DNA of 32,000 bases from NCBI GenBank assembly GCA_016700015.1, contig CP064995.1, positions 810,001 through 842,000 of the forward strand. The letters are read 5' to 3'. Positions 1 through 6,365 of this stretch are shown piece by piece. Each line of letters begins with the position of its first letter. The first letter of the stretch is position 1. Under the pieces are notes generated by a model. The model was not told the DNA's origin and did no database searches. It worked only from the letters and a program-made list of their open reading frames with translations. A program made the position numbers and the translations under genes. The stretch is from Candidatus Saccharimonadota bacterium. Its GTDB lineage: Bacteria; Patescibacteriota; Saccharimonadia; Saccharimonadales; Saccharimonadaceae.

Positions 1-380
1 AGGTGCGGCACCAGCTGAATGGTCTTGCCACCAAACTTTCCCGCTCGCTCATCAGCGATTAGGTTGCTCATCAGTCGGCCCTGCAAGGTGGCATTTTTTT
101 GAGTTAGTTCAATGTCAAGAAAGCGCTCGTAGTGGCCAAGGTCAAGATCAGTCTCAGCGCCATCTTTCGTCACAAAGCACTCTCCGTGCTCAGCAGGATT
201 AAGTAAACCCGCATCTACATTGAGATACGGGTCACATTTTTGAATTGAAACGGCGGCACCTTTAGCCTGCAACACTGCGCCGATGCTGGCCGCAGTTATG
301 CCCTTTCCTACCCCGGAAAGAACTCCCCCCGTCACGAAAATATATTTTGTCTGTTTGCCCATCGATGATTGCTCTTCCAT
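1..380 (-). CDS. pyrG: CTP synthase, N-terminal part (gene runs off the window start)
   Basis: My translation of the minus strand gives [89 protein letters not shown]..., the canonical PyrG synthetase N-terminus. It is absent from the ORF track because no stop lies in the window. ATG at 380 lies 8 nt after a TGCTATAAT element (389-397, minus strand). An alternative ATG is at 362. Confidence 0.9.
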   Translation of the reverse strand, partial: MEEQSSMGKQTKYIFVTGGVLSGVGKGITAASIGAVLQAKGAAVSIQKCDPYLNVDAGLLNPAEHGECFVTKDGAETDLDLGHYERFLDIELTQKNATLQGRLMSNLIADERAGKFGGKTIQLVPH

Positions 381-388
381 GGGATTTC

Positions 389-397
389 ATTATAGCA
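389..397 (-). promoter_or_regulatory. extended -10 promoter element (TGCTATAAT) for pyrG; leaderless configuration
   Basis: The reverse complement of 389-397 reads TGCTATAAT, and 8 nt later is the ATG at 380. It matches the -10 block seen at 4435-4443 and 15626-15634. Confidence 0.6.
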
Positions 398-556
398 TGA
401 CGCCGCTACGACACACTATATCTAGCGTAGGGTGTTGTTCATTCTACTCTACTGGTGGACAAAGGTCTTTAAAGCTGCGTACCTACCGTCGGTTGTGGGC
501 ACACTTACTGCTCGTTATTATTGCCCGCGAGCCAACAAAAATCAACTACCCAAGTC

Positions 557-565
557 TGCTATACT
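557..565 (+). promoter_or_regulatory. extended -10 element (TGCTATACT) for the thioredoxin-like gene; leaderless configuration
   Basis: TGC TATACT at 557-565 is followed 6 nt later by ATG 572. There is no Shine-Dalgarno and no convincing -35. Confidence 0.55.
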
Positions 566-571
566 AACGAT

Positions 572-1036
572 ATGAAGGCAAAGTATACTGTCGGTATCGT
601 GGCTGCGGTCGCAGCAATTGGCGCAGCGATCATTCTCATCCAGCAGAGGCCAGCACAAGCTCCTCACAAGGTTCTCTCGCCATCGACGAACACCACTGTC
701 ACGCCTATAGCTACCACGACGCCCGCTCCCGGACGCTACACCGACTACTCACCAGAGGCAATGAGTGCGCCGAATTACACCGAGACCATCCTTTTCTTCC
801 ACGCACCTTGGTGTCCAGAGTGCCGCGCCTACAATAGCGTACTAACAACTACGCCGCCGCCGACAGGCGTCCAGATTCTCAAAGTTGACCATGACAGTTC
901 TACTGATCTGCGCAAACAATATGGTGTTGTTGTACAAACAACGTTTGTCAGAATTACACCTGCCGGGGAAAAGATCTCCGTCTGGCCGGCATATGGGAAA
1001 GAAAAATCTATCCAGGCGATTTTGGATAATACATAG
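572..1036 (+). CDS. membrane-anchored thioredoxin-fold protein (TlpA/ResA-like, WCPEC active site)
   Basis: Part of ORF 521..1036; I prefer the internal ATG 572 (MKAKYTVGIVAAVAAIGAAIILI is an N-terminal TM anchor). The motif FFHAPWCPECRAYN is a CxxC thioredoxin active site. Its stop TAG directly abuts the ATG of the next gene. Confidence 0.85.
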   Translation: MKAKYTVGIVAAVAAIGAAIILIQQRPAQAPHKVLSPSTNTTVTPIATTTPAPGRYTDYSPEAMSAPNYTETILFFHAPWCPECRAYNSVLTTTPPPTGVQILKVDHDSSTDLRKQYGVVVQTTFVRITPAGEKISVWPAYGKEKSIQAILDNT

Positions 1037-1753
1037 ATGGTACTGTTTCTTGCCGCGCTGCTTGCGGGTGTGTTCTCTGCGCTTTCCCCCTGCGTCCTGC
1101 CGCTTATCCCCATGATGCTCGGTACGCAGACACAAGGCGGGGTGCGCCGCAGCCTCCGTGTGCTCGCCGGGCTTGGCTTGTCGGTCATTGTATTTAGTAT
1201 TCTCCTCAAGTCCACGACGCTGTTTATCGATATCCCCCGTGAAGTCTGGCAGTTCATAGGTGGCGTGATAATTGGGTTATTTGGGGCATCACTGCTGTGG
1301 CCGAACGCGTGGGAGCAGCTAGTCCTCAAAACTGGGTTCGCCACTAAAGCCCAACAACTCATGTCGACCTCCTCCTCTGGGGCCGGCAATACCAAAGATT
1401 ACCTGCTCGGCGCCAGTCTTGGTCCGCTTTTCAACGTCTGCAGCCCTACCTACGCGCTAATTGTGGCGACAATTTTGCCCGTCGAACCACTCCACGGGCT
1501 ACTCCTGCTCGTTATTTACACTCTCGGACTAACCGCCACTCTTTACGCAGTTGCCGTCGGCGGCAGCCAGATTACCCATAGGCTCGGCTGGACACTCAAC
1601 CCGCATGGCGCCTTCCGGCGCATAGTCGGCGCCCTACTCCTAGTAATCGGTATCGCCATCATATTCGGCTACGATAAACTATTCCAGACTGCGCTCGTAT
1701 CGAGCGGCTTCTTCGACTGGCAGATCCTCGTCGAATCATTCCTCGCACGCTAG
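1037..1753 (+). CDS. ccdA: cytochrome c biogenesis CcdA / DsbD-family thiol:disulfide transmembrane electron transporter
   Basis: A 238-aa polytopic membrane protein. The N-terminal FSALSPCVLPLIPMML and the later NVCSPTYALIV are the two conserved Cys-containing TM motifs of the CcdA/DsbD family. It is translationally juxtaposed to the Trx-like gene (TAG-ATG). Confidence 0.85.
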   Translation: MVLFLAALLAGVFSALSPCVLPLIPMMLGTQTQGGVRRSLRVLAGLGLSVIVFSILLKSTTLFIDIPREVWQFIGGVIIGLFGASLLWPNAWEQLVLKTGFATKAQQLMSTSSSGAGNTKDYLLGASLGPLFNVCSPTYALIVATILPVEPLHGLLLLVIYTLGLTATLYAVAVGGSQITHRLGWTLNPHGAFRRIVGALLLVIGIAIIFGYDKLFQTALVSSGFFDWQILVESFLAR

Positions 1754-1755
1754 CC

Positions 1756-2967
1756 CTATACGACTGTCAGCCAGATCAATACCAGGTTGAGCAGCACTAC
1801 CAGCGCGGTAATCGCACCGAGTATCATCGACACAAGGCGTGAGTTTGCCTGGTCGCCCATGACACTGCGCCTCGCCGAAACGATCGTCAGCGGCACCAAT
1901 GCGAATGGCACCCCAAAACTCAGCGCAACCTGCGAAATAATCAGCAAGAACAGTGGGTCAAAACTAACTACGAGCAAAAATAACGCCGGTATCATGGTGA
2001 TCAAGCGTCGTGCCCACAGTGGCACAGGCACCCGTATGAGGTCTTGCATCACCACACTCCCCGCCTGGCTACCAACCGCGGTGCTCGCAAGACCCGATAC
2101 CAACAACCCGACAGCGAATAGCACCGCAACCAGCGGCCCAAGCCGCTCGCCAAGCGCAGTAAATATATCACCAAAGCTATCTGCACCGGTTCCACCAAGC
2201 ACCGCCGCCGCTAAAAGTAACATAGATATGTTGACCGTACCAGCAATCGCCATCGCCAAACCCACATCTATCTTGGTTGCGTGTAGATACCGGCGTAGCT
2301 CCCGGGGCTTCACTTTGCCATGTCGATCACGCGCTAGCGCCGAATGCAGGTACACGACATGCGGCATGATAGTAGCACCGATCATTGCTGTCGCGAGCAA
2401 CAGGGTTTCTTGTCCATCAAAGCGTGGCACCAGCCCACCGAGTGCGCCACCAAGGTCAGGCGGATGCTGTAATAGTCCCGCAAAGAATCCAATGGGGATA
2501 ATGACCAGTAGTGCAACGATCACTCGCTCAAAATACGGTTGGCCTTTATGACTATAAACGTACAATAGCGCCATCGATACGATGCCGACGATAAGCCCGC
2601 CGAGCGGCAGCGGCAGCCCAAACAACAGATGGAGCGCTACCGCGCCACCAACAACTTCAGCGATATCGGTCGCAACTGCCACCAGTTCCGCCTGCGCCCA
2701 GTACAGCCGCCTGCCCCACCGCGGCAGCCGCTCGGCCACTAGCTCGGGCAGCGACTTGCCAGTGACAAGCCCTACCTTCGCGCTCGTATACTGCGCCAGC
2801 GCCGCCATAAGGTTGGCGAGCACCAGCACCCATAGCAGCAAAAACCCATATTTTGCGCCTGCGCCAAAATTGGCCGCAAAATTACCTGGGTCGACATAGG
2901 CCACCGCCGCCACAAACGCCGGGCCGAGTAGCCGTAGTATCCTTCGCCACTGTCGCCGCAATCTCAT
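1756..2967 (-). CDS. mntH: NRAMP-family divalent metal (Mn2+/Fe2+) transporter
   Basis: A 403-aa ORF. GPAFVAAVAYVDPGNFAANFGAGAKYGFLLLWVLVLANLMAALAQYTSAKVGLVTGKSL is the NRAMP signature (DPGN). The protein is polytopic. Confidence 0.92.
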   Translation of the reverse strand: MRLRRQWRRILRLLGPAFVAAVAYVDPGNFAANFGAGAKYGFLLLWVLVLANLMAALAQYTSAKVGLVTGKSLPELVAERLPRWGRRLYWAQAELVAVATDIAEVVGGAVALHLLFGLPLPLGGLIVGIVSMALLYVYSHKGQPYFERVIVALLVIIPIGFFAGLLQHPPDLGGALGGLVPRFDGQETLLLATAMIGATIMPHVVYLHSALARDRHGKVKPRELRRYLHATKIDVGLAMAIAGTVNISMLLLAAAVLGGTGADSFGDIFTALGERLGPLVAVLFAVGLLVSGLASTAVGSQAGSVVMQDLIRVPVPLWARRLITMIPALFLLVVSFDPLFLLIISQVALSFGVPFALVPLTIVSARRSVMGDQANSRLVSMILGAITALVVLLNLVLIWLTVV

Positions 2968-2973
2968 ACCCCT

Positions 2974-2979
2974 ATTCTA
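2974..2979 (-). promoter_or_regulatory. -10 element (TAGAAT) for mntH; leaderless configuration
   Basis: The minus strand reads gtgTAGAATaggggtATG, so the -10-like hexamer sits 6 nt before the start codon at 2967. Confidence 0.45.
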
Positions 2980-3003
2980 CACGCATCGACCCCTATTAGG
3001 TAG

Positions 3004-3032
3004 TTGACTTTTTATAGCGTTTATGCTACGAT
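3004..3032 (+). promoter_or_regulatory. sigma70-type promoter for 3066..4400 (TTGACT-17-TACGAT)
   Basis: TTGACT at 3004-3009, a 17-nt spacer TTTTATAGCGTTTATGC, and TACGAT at 3027-3032. The -35 and spacer are nearly identical to the promoters at 21080 and 22867. Confidence 0.65.
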
Positions 3033-3065
3033 AAAATAAATCAACCCAATTACAAAACAAACACT

Positions 3066-4400
3066 ATGCCCACACCTGCTAGCATCGATCATACGCCCAA
3101 ACAAAGTCTGAAGGACAAAATCAAGAAGCTGTTGGGCATGACTGCGTTATCTTTCCCTATTGAAACCCCCCCTGCCCCGACTGAAGCGACAGATACGCAC
3201 ACTCCTCCCATGGCTATAGAACAGCAGACGCCCGAGGCCGAAGAAAGGCGTACAGCAATTATCGCTCAAAACGACGCAGAAGCAACCTATGCGCCGCGCC
3301 GCGGTGCTAGCATTACTACCTATACTATAAGTGGTATACACGATTTCGACACGTCATCTTACCGTATCGATATTCTGCCTAGTAATGCAAAGCCAACTCC
3401 TGAGCAAATTGCCCTAGCCATGGAGCGTGAACATGTGGTCAAACATATACCGAAACTTCGCGAGCAGGCGCAAGATGAAAGTAGGACAAACCGCATCAGC
3501 TTTACGTTTTGGAACGAAACATACACAATGACTGAGGGCGAGGCACTGCGGCACACCGTTGATATGTTGCGCTACATTGTGGCCCATGGTCGAGGCTCTT
3601 ACGAGCGCCGCAAGGCAAAGAGTTTCTTAGACGACATGTCATTTGTTGGACGGAAAGAATACCAAGAAGCTGCCCGTGGCATTGCCGCCTATTGGAGGAA
3701 ACTCCTTGATGATGACCCCACATTAACACTTTATATCGTGGGAGATGGCATAAGTAACAATTATGCGGCAGTTAAAAGTGACCAATACCTCTTTAATACA
3801 ATACTTGGTAACTTTAGTGACAGCCAGCTGGCAGAATATGCCGATCGCCTCGTTCAATATACCGATGAAACTAGAAGCGCTATAAAATCTGGCGACAACT
3901 ACCGGGTAATTTTGCTTGACGATTGGATCATCAGCGGAAGCCAAATGAATGATGCTGCGCATTATATTATGAATCGTGTACCGCAGTGTGACGCCAGCCG
4001 TATTGAAATCCACAACGTCATCGCTACTCCGCAACGTGTTGCCATTGGGCTCCAGCCAGGGAATTACGAGTGGCGCGAGGGGCTACGCCCGATTGTTCGG
4101 TCATACTACCTGGCAAACGAGGTTGACACAGTGTATGCATCACGGAGTGGCGCGCATATATCTGGCGCACACTCAACTGTGGATTTTGACTTCCAAGACC
4201 CGCTCGATGATCTCATACAAAACACGTGGCTAAATAACTGTGACCGCAAACTCGAAGCACAGCGTTCACTGGCATTTCTCACCAAAGTCGTACGCGTTTA
4301 CTACGACCCACACTTCCGCCTCAACAACATCAAGCGACTCCAAGCCATAAAAGCAGCAAATGTCTCTACGGGCAAATTACCCGCATATGAAGTTGTGTAG
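3066..4400 (+). CDS. hypothetical protein with a phosphoribosyltransferase (type I PRT) PRPP-loop-like signature in the C-terminal half
   Basis: A 444-aa ORF with its own promoter. YRVILLDDWIISGSQMNDAAHYI matches the PRT pattern (4 hydrophobic residues, DD, hydrophobic residues, S/T-G-x-x). The N-terminal ~90 aa are Pro/Thr/Glu-rich and low complexity. I recognise no other family. Confidence 0.75.
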   Translation: MPTPASIDHTPKQSLKDKIKKLLGMTALSFPIETPPAPTEATDTHTPPMAIEQQTPEAEERRTAIIAQNDAEATYAPRRGASITTYTISGIHDFDTSSYRIDILPSNAKPTPEQIALAMEREHVVKHIPKLREQAQDESRTNRISFTFWNETYTMTEGEALRHTVDMLRYIVAHGRGSYERRKAKSFLDDMSFVGRKEYQEAARGIAAYWRKLLDDDPTLTLYIVGDGISNNYAAVKSDQYLFNTILGNFSDSQLAEYADRLVQYTDETRSAIKSGDNYRVILLDDWIISGSQMNDAAHYIMNRVPQCDASRIEIHNVIATPQRVAIGLQPGNYEWREGLRPIVRSYYLANEVDTVYASRSGAHISGAHSTVDFDFQDPLDDLIQNTWLNNCDRKLEAQRSLAFLTKVVRVYYDPHFRLNNIKRLQAIKAANVSTGKLPAYEVV

Positions 4401-4414
4401 CTCGTACGAAGCTA

Positions 4415-4443
4415 TTGACTTTCTATTATTTCTATGCTATAAT
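4415..4443 (+). promoter_or_regulatory. consensus sigma70 promoter (TTGACT-17-TATAAT with TGC extension) driving the orphan RNA
   Basis: TTGACT at 4415-4420, spacer TTCTATTATTTCTATGC (17 nt), and TATAAT at 4438-4443. It starts 15 nt after the stop of the upstream CDS. Confidence 0.75.
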
Positions 4444-4449
4444 GAAAAG

Positions 4450-4794
4450 GTCGATGTGTTGGGTAAGCGATCGATGTTTGGATCTGACGGAGACATTGTC
4501 TCTCCAGGGTCAGACCATTCCCAACGTAGCTCGGACGGGCAAGCCTGTACTGAGCGCTAAGGTCATTACCCTGCTGCCGCGTTCCTATCTCTGTGAAACT
4601 ACTTGTCATATGCAGAGAGAACGCCCAGTGAACCGACCGACAAGTCGCCTCACCAGGTACGGGCGGTCGCCGCAAAGCGACAACAGACCTTGGCGTATTG
4701 CTGGTATCTGCCCGTGGGGGGCAGAAGGCCAGAAACGTCCATCCCCCGCAAGGGGCCAGTGCAGCCTTGCACCGGCCCCATTTTCTTTTTCTTC
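4450..4794 (+). ncRNA. candidate structured non-coding RNA (~345 nt), class unknown
   Basis: Bounded by a consensus promoter and an intrinsic terminator. The segment is GC-richer than its flanks. ORFs are open in all six frames with junk-like translations. Many hand-drawn helices are listed in the findings. No plus-strand gene lies downstream. Confidence 0.55.
4752..4794 (+). terminator. intrinsic terminator of the orphan RNA
   Basis: GGGGCCAGTGCA-gcct-TGCACCGGCCCC at 4752-4779 forms 11 bp with one A/C mismatch. It is followed by ATTTTCTTTTTCTTC. Confidence 0.75.
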
Positions 4795-4802
4795 GATAGA
4801 CA

Positions 4803-4841
4803 TGGAAAAGGCGTACCGCTCCTGGTGGGAAACGGTACGCC
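4803..4841 (-). terminator. intrinsic terminator of the 4852..5193 gene
   Basis: The minus strand reads GGCGTACCG-(14 nt)-CGGTACGCC, a perfect 9-bp stem at 4810-4841, followed by TTTTCC. Confidence 0.7.
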
Positions 4842-4851
4842 ATAGCAAGGG

Positions 4852-5193
4852 TCAGTGATAGTCGCGAGCTCGCACCGGGCCAGTGCCCGGCGTCCAGGCA
4901 TGCCCGTTGAACTGGCGGTACGTCCCGGCGCGGAAGCCGTTGAACAGCCACCAGACCACTGGCACAGCCACTGCCGCAGCGGTAGCGGCGAACAGCAGGC
5001 TGTGCGTGAAGTACCACACCGCCGTTGCAATCACCGTGATGGTGAGCACCCTGTAGATCGGGCGACGAAAGAAGTTATACACGCGGGCATTCCACCGATA
5101 AGCCCGCATGCGCTTTTTGTAGTCATTTTTCACACCCTTGGCACCCCGTCCGTCACGGGTGTGAAAAAAGTCGAACTGACCTGGTTGCGACAT
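4852..5193 (-). CDS. small basic membrane protein (two predicted TM helices), hypothetical
   Basis: Part of ORF 4852..5214; I prefer ATG 5193 because AAGGAGG lies 5 nt upstream. The product MSQPGQFDFFHTRDGRGAKGVKNDYKKRMRAYRWNARVYNFFRRP... has two hydrophobic segments. G+C is about 58-60% with GC-rich third positions. Confidence 0.7.
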   Translation of the reverse strand: MSQPGQFDFFHTRDGRGAKGVKNDYKKRMRAYRWNARVYNFFRRPIYRVLTITVIATAVWYFTHSLLFAATAAAVAVPVVWWLFNGFRAGTYRQFNGHAWTPGTGPVRARDYH

Positions 5194-5278
5194 AGCGCCT
5201 CCTTGAAAGAACATCCCAAACCCAATGTTCGGGAAGACTATTTGAAATTATATCATTTTTATGAGAATATACAATACT

Positions 5279-5869
5279 CTACTGCAACTGCTTCCCAAAT
5301 ACTTTGGGCACTGGGTCACCAAAGCGTACTTCGGGTACGTCAATCACCCCGCGTACTGTCATACGGGGGAACATGCGCTGGTAAATCACATCGGCACCGC
5401 CGAACACCACCGCGGCCCAATCAAAGCCAAGTAGGCCAGCGGTTTTTTTGACAGCTGCTTCTGATTCGCCCTCGATCTCGATATACGGGTTCATCCACGG
5501 CCACTCGTCGATCACCACTTCACACTCCCCTAGCTGCCAGGTTTCACGTTTGCTCTCTTGGTAAGTCTGCACCATAAGTCCGCAAGCTTTTAGAATTTCG
5601 AGCGCGGTATCAAAACCACTCACAGGTACTTCGTGCTCGCTCGCGCTGTGCGCTTGGTCGCCATGAAACTGCTTGTAGGTAAGCGTCACTTTATCGCCTT
5701 CGTCGCGCAGGCGCACAAAAGCATCATCGCGTGCCATCTGCTCGGTTTCTATGAGTACGCGGCGCATGAGGCGCATAGGTGCGGTGCACGAGGCGCCTGC
5801 CCTAGTCAGTCGCGCACGAACATCGTCTATGTCTATATCCATAAATTTCGCTTCAATTTCTGGCTTCAT
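5279..5869 (-). CDS. CYTH-domain protein (triphosphate tunnel metalloenzyme / class IV adenylate cyclase-like)
   Basis: I use the internal start at 5869 of ORF 5279..6208. MKPEIEAKFMDIDIDDVRARL carries the N-terminal ExExK CYTH signature. The ~196-aa length is typical. The longer ORF extension overlaps the upstream gene and translates as junk. Confidence 0.8.
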   Translation of the reverse strand: MKPEIEAKFMDIDIDDVRARLTRAGASCTAPMRLMRRVLIETEQMARDDAFVRLRDEGDKVTLTYKQFHGDQAHSASEHEVPVSGFDTALEILKACGLMVQTYQESKRETWQLGECEVVIDEWPWMNPYIEIEGESEAAVKKTAGLLGFDWAAVVFGGADVIYQRMFPRMTVRGVIDVPEVRFGDPVPKVFGKQLQ

Positions 5870-5885
5870 ACTACCTAAGTATAAG

Positions 5886-6260
5886 CTACTCTTCAAAACT
5901 AGTGGGAAAGTCATTGAGACTACGATAGACAATCGGCCGGCCAGCTTTCTTGGCGTTGTCGATGCCATACCGCATGCCGCGGCTAATACCGCGGTCCATA
6001 TACACCACGGTACGCTCGGCAAACATACCGATTGCCAGGCCAGCCTCAATCCCAATATGCCGTTCAATCGGCACCGTGTCATCAAGCATCTGCGTGTACA
6101 GCAAATGGCTAGCAAACGGCGCCTCGTGGTGACGCATGAGCGCGTCGCGCATCGCCGCCATCGCGTAGTCGTGGTTGGCCCGTAAGCCCTCTTCAGTATC
6201 GGCCGCAAACGGGCTTTCTAGTAGTACAAATGTTGGTGGCCGTTCCTGCTGCGCGCTCAT
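5886..6260 (-). CDS. small hypothetical protein, nucleoside 2-deoxyribosyltransferase-like (DUF4406-like) pattern
   Basis: Internal ATG 6260 is preceded by GGGGAGAATA. The 124-aa product has FVLLESPFAAD ... TVVYMDRGISRGMRYGIDNAKKAGRPIV, resembling the two-motif layout of NDT-fold proteins. The family assignment is tentative. Confidence 0.65.
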   Translation of the reverse strand: MSAQQERPPTFVLLESPFAADTEEGLRANHDYAMAAMRDALMRHHEAPFASHLLYTQMLDDTVPIERHIGIEAGLAIGMFAERTVVYMDRGISRGMRYGIDNAKKAGRPIVYRSLNDFPTSFEE

Positions 6261-6310
6261 TATTCTCCCCTGTGACGTCCACCCAAACCTATTTGTTTTG
6301 TATTGTACCA

Positions 6311-6356
6311 CAATAAAATATGGCCGTGTGCGCTCCTTGCGGATACACACACGGCC
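6311..6356 (-). terminator. intrinsic terminator of the 6366..6860 gene
   Basis: The minus strand reads GGCCGTGTG-(17 nt)-CACACGGCC, a perfect 9-bp stem with arms at 6322-6330 and 6348-6356. It is followed by ATATTTTATTG. Confidence 0.7.
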
Positions 6357-6365
6357 GGGGGCACC

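Noticed and set aside
1787-2899. Plus-strand ORFs 1787..2551 and 2582..2899, antisense to mntH
   Set aside because: These are shadow ORFs of a GC-rich membrane gene. Their Ser/Thr/Pro/Arg-rich translations have no motif, whereas the minus-strand NRAMP signature is unambiguous.
2968-2997. Direct repeat ACCCCTATT at 2968-2976 and 2989-2997 upstream of mntH, as a possible metalloregulator site
   Set aside because: It is only 9 nt long and not palindromic. The first copy simply overlaps the putative -10/start region (TAGAATAGGGGTATG). This is insufficient to call an MntR/Fur-type operator, and no yybP-ykoY-like riboswitch sequence is present.
4450-4794. Assigning the orphan RNA to RNase P RNA, tmRNA, SRP RNA or 6S RNA
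   Set aside because: Neither strand has GGAAAGUCC / ACAGAA..GGCUUA spaced as in RNase P. There is no T-arm (GGUUCRAnUCC), no 3' CCA context and no plausible tag ORF ending in a hydrophobic/Ala tail, so not tmRNA. There is no GGAA-capped helix with the AGCA/AGG symmetric loop, although 4650-4695 has a faint resemblance (ACCAGGU ... CAG.CC..GG). It is too long for 6S. Short similarities to M1 RNA (CAGAGAG.AAC.GCC, CCUGUACUGA) occur in the wrong order. Only a covariance-model search can settle this.
4412-5030. Five overlapping track ORFs (4415..4858 +, 4603..4845 +, 4412..5017 -, 4606..4848 -, 4650..5030 -), including a 147-aa plus-strand ORF starting just after the promoter
   Set aside because: All six frames are open at once, which is typical of GC-rich structured RNA. 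The translations are Cys/Arg/Pro-rich with no hydrophobic periodicity. The plus-strand ORF reads straight through an intrinsic terminator (4752-4794) and into the convergent gene. I treat the region as non-coding RNA plus terminators.
5870-6208. N-terminal extension of ORF 5279..6208 (309 aa)
   Set aside because: The extension overlaps the well-supported 5886..6260 gene in another frame and translates to Arg/Cys/Thr-rich junk. The CYTH signature EIEAKF starts right after the internal Met at 5869.
3066-6260. Retron-like system (PRTase-signature protein, structured RNA and NDT-like protein are all known retron-associated component types)
   Set aside because: No reverse transcriptase ORF or YxDD motif lies anywhere nearby. 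The components are on different strands and in separate transcription units. The resemblance is only a parts-list coincidence.
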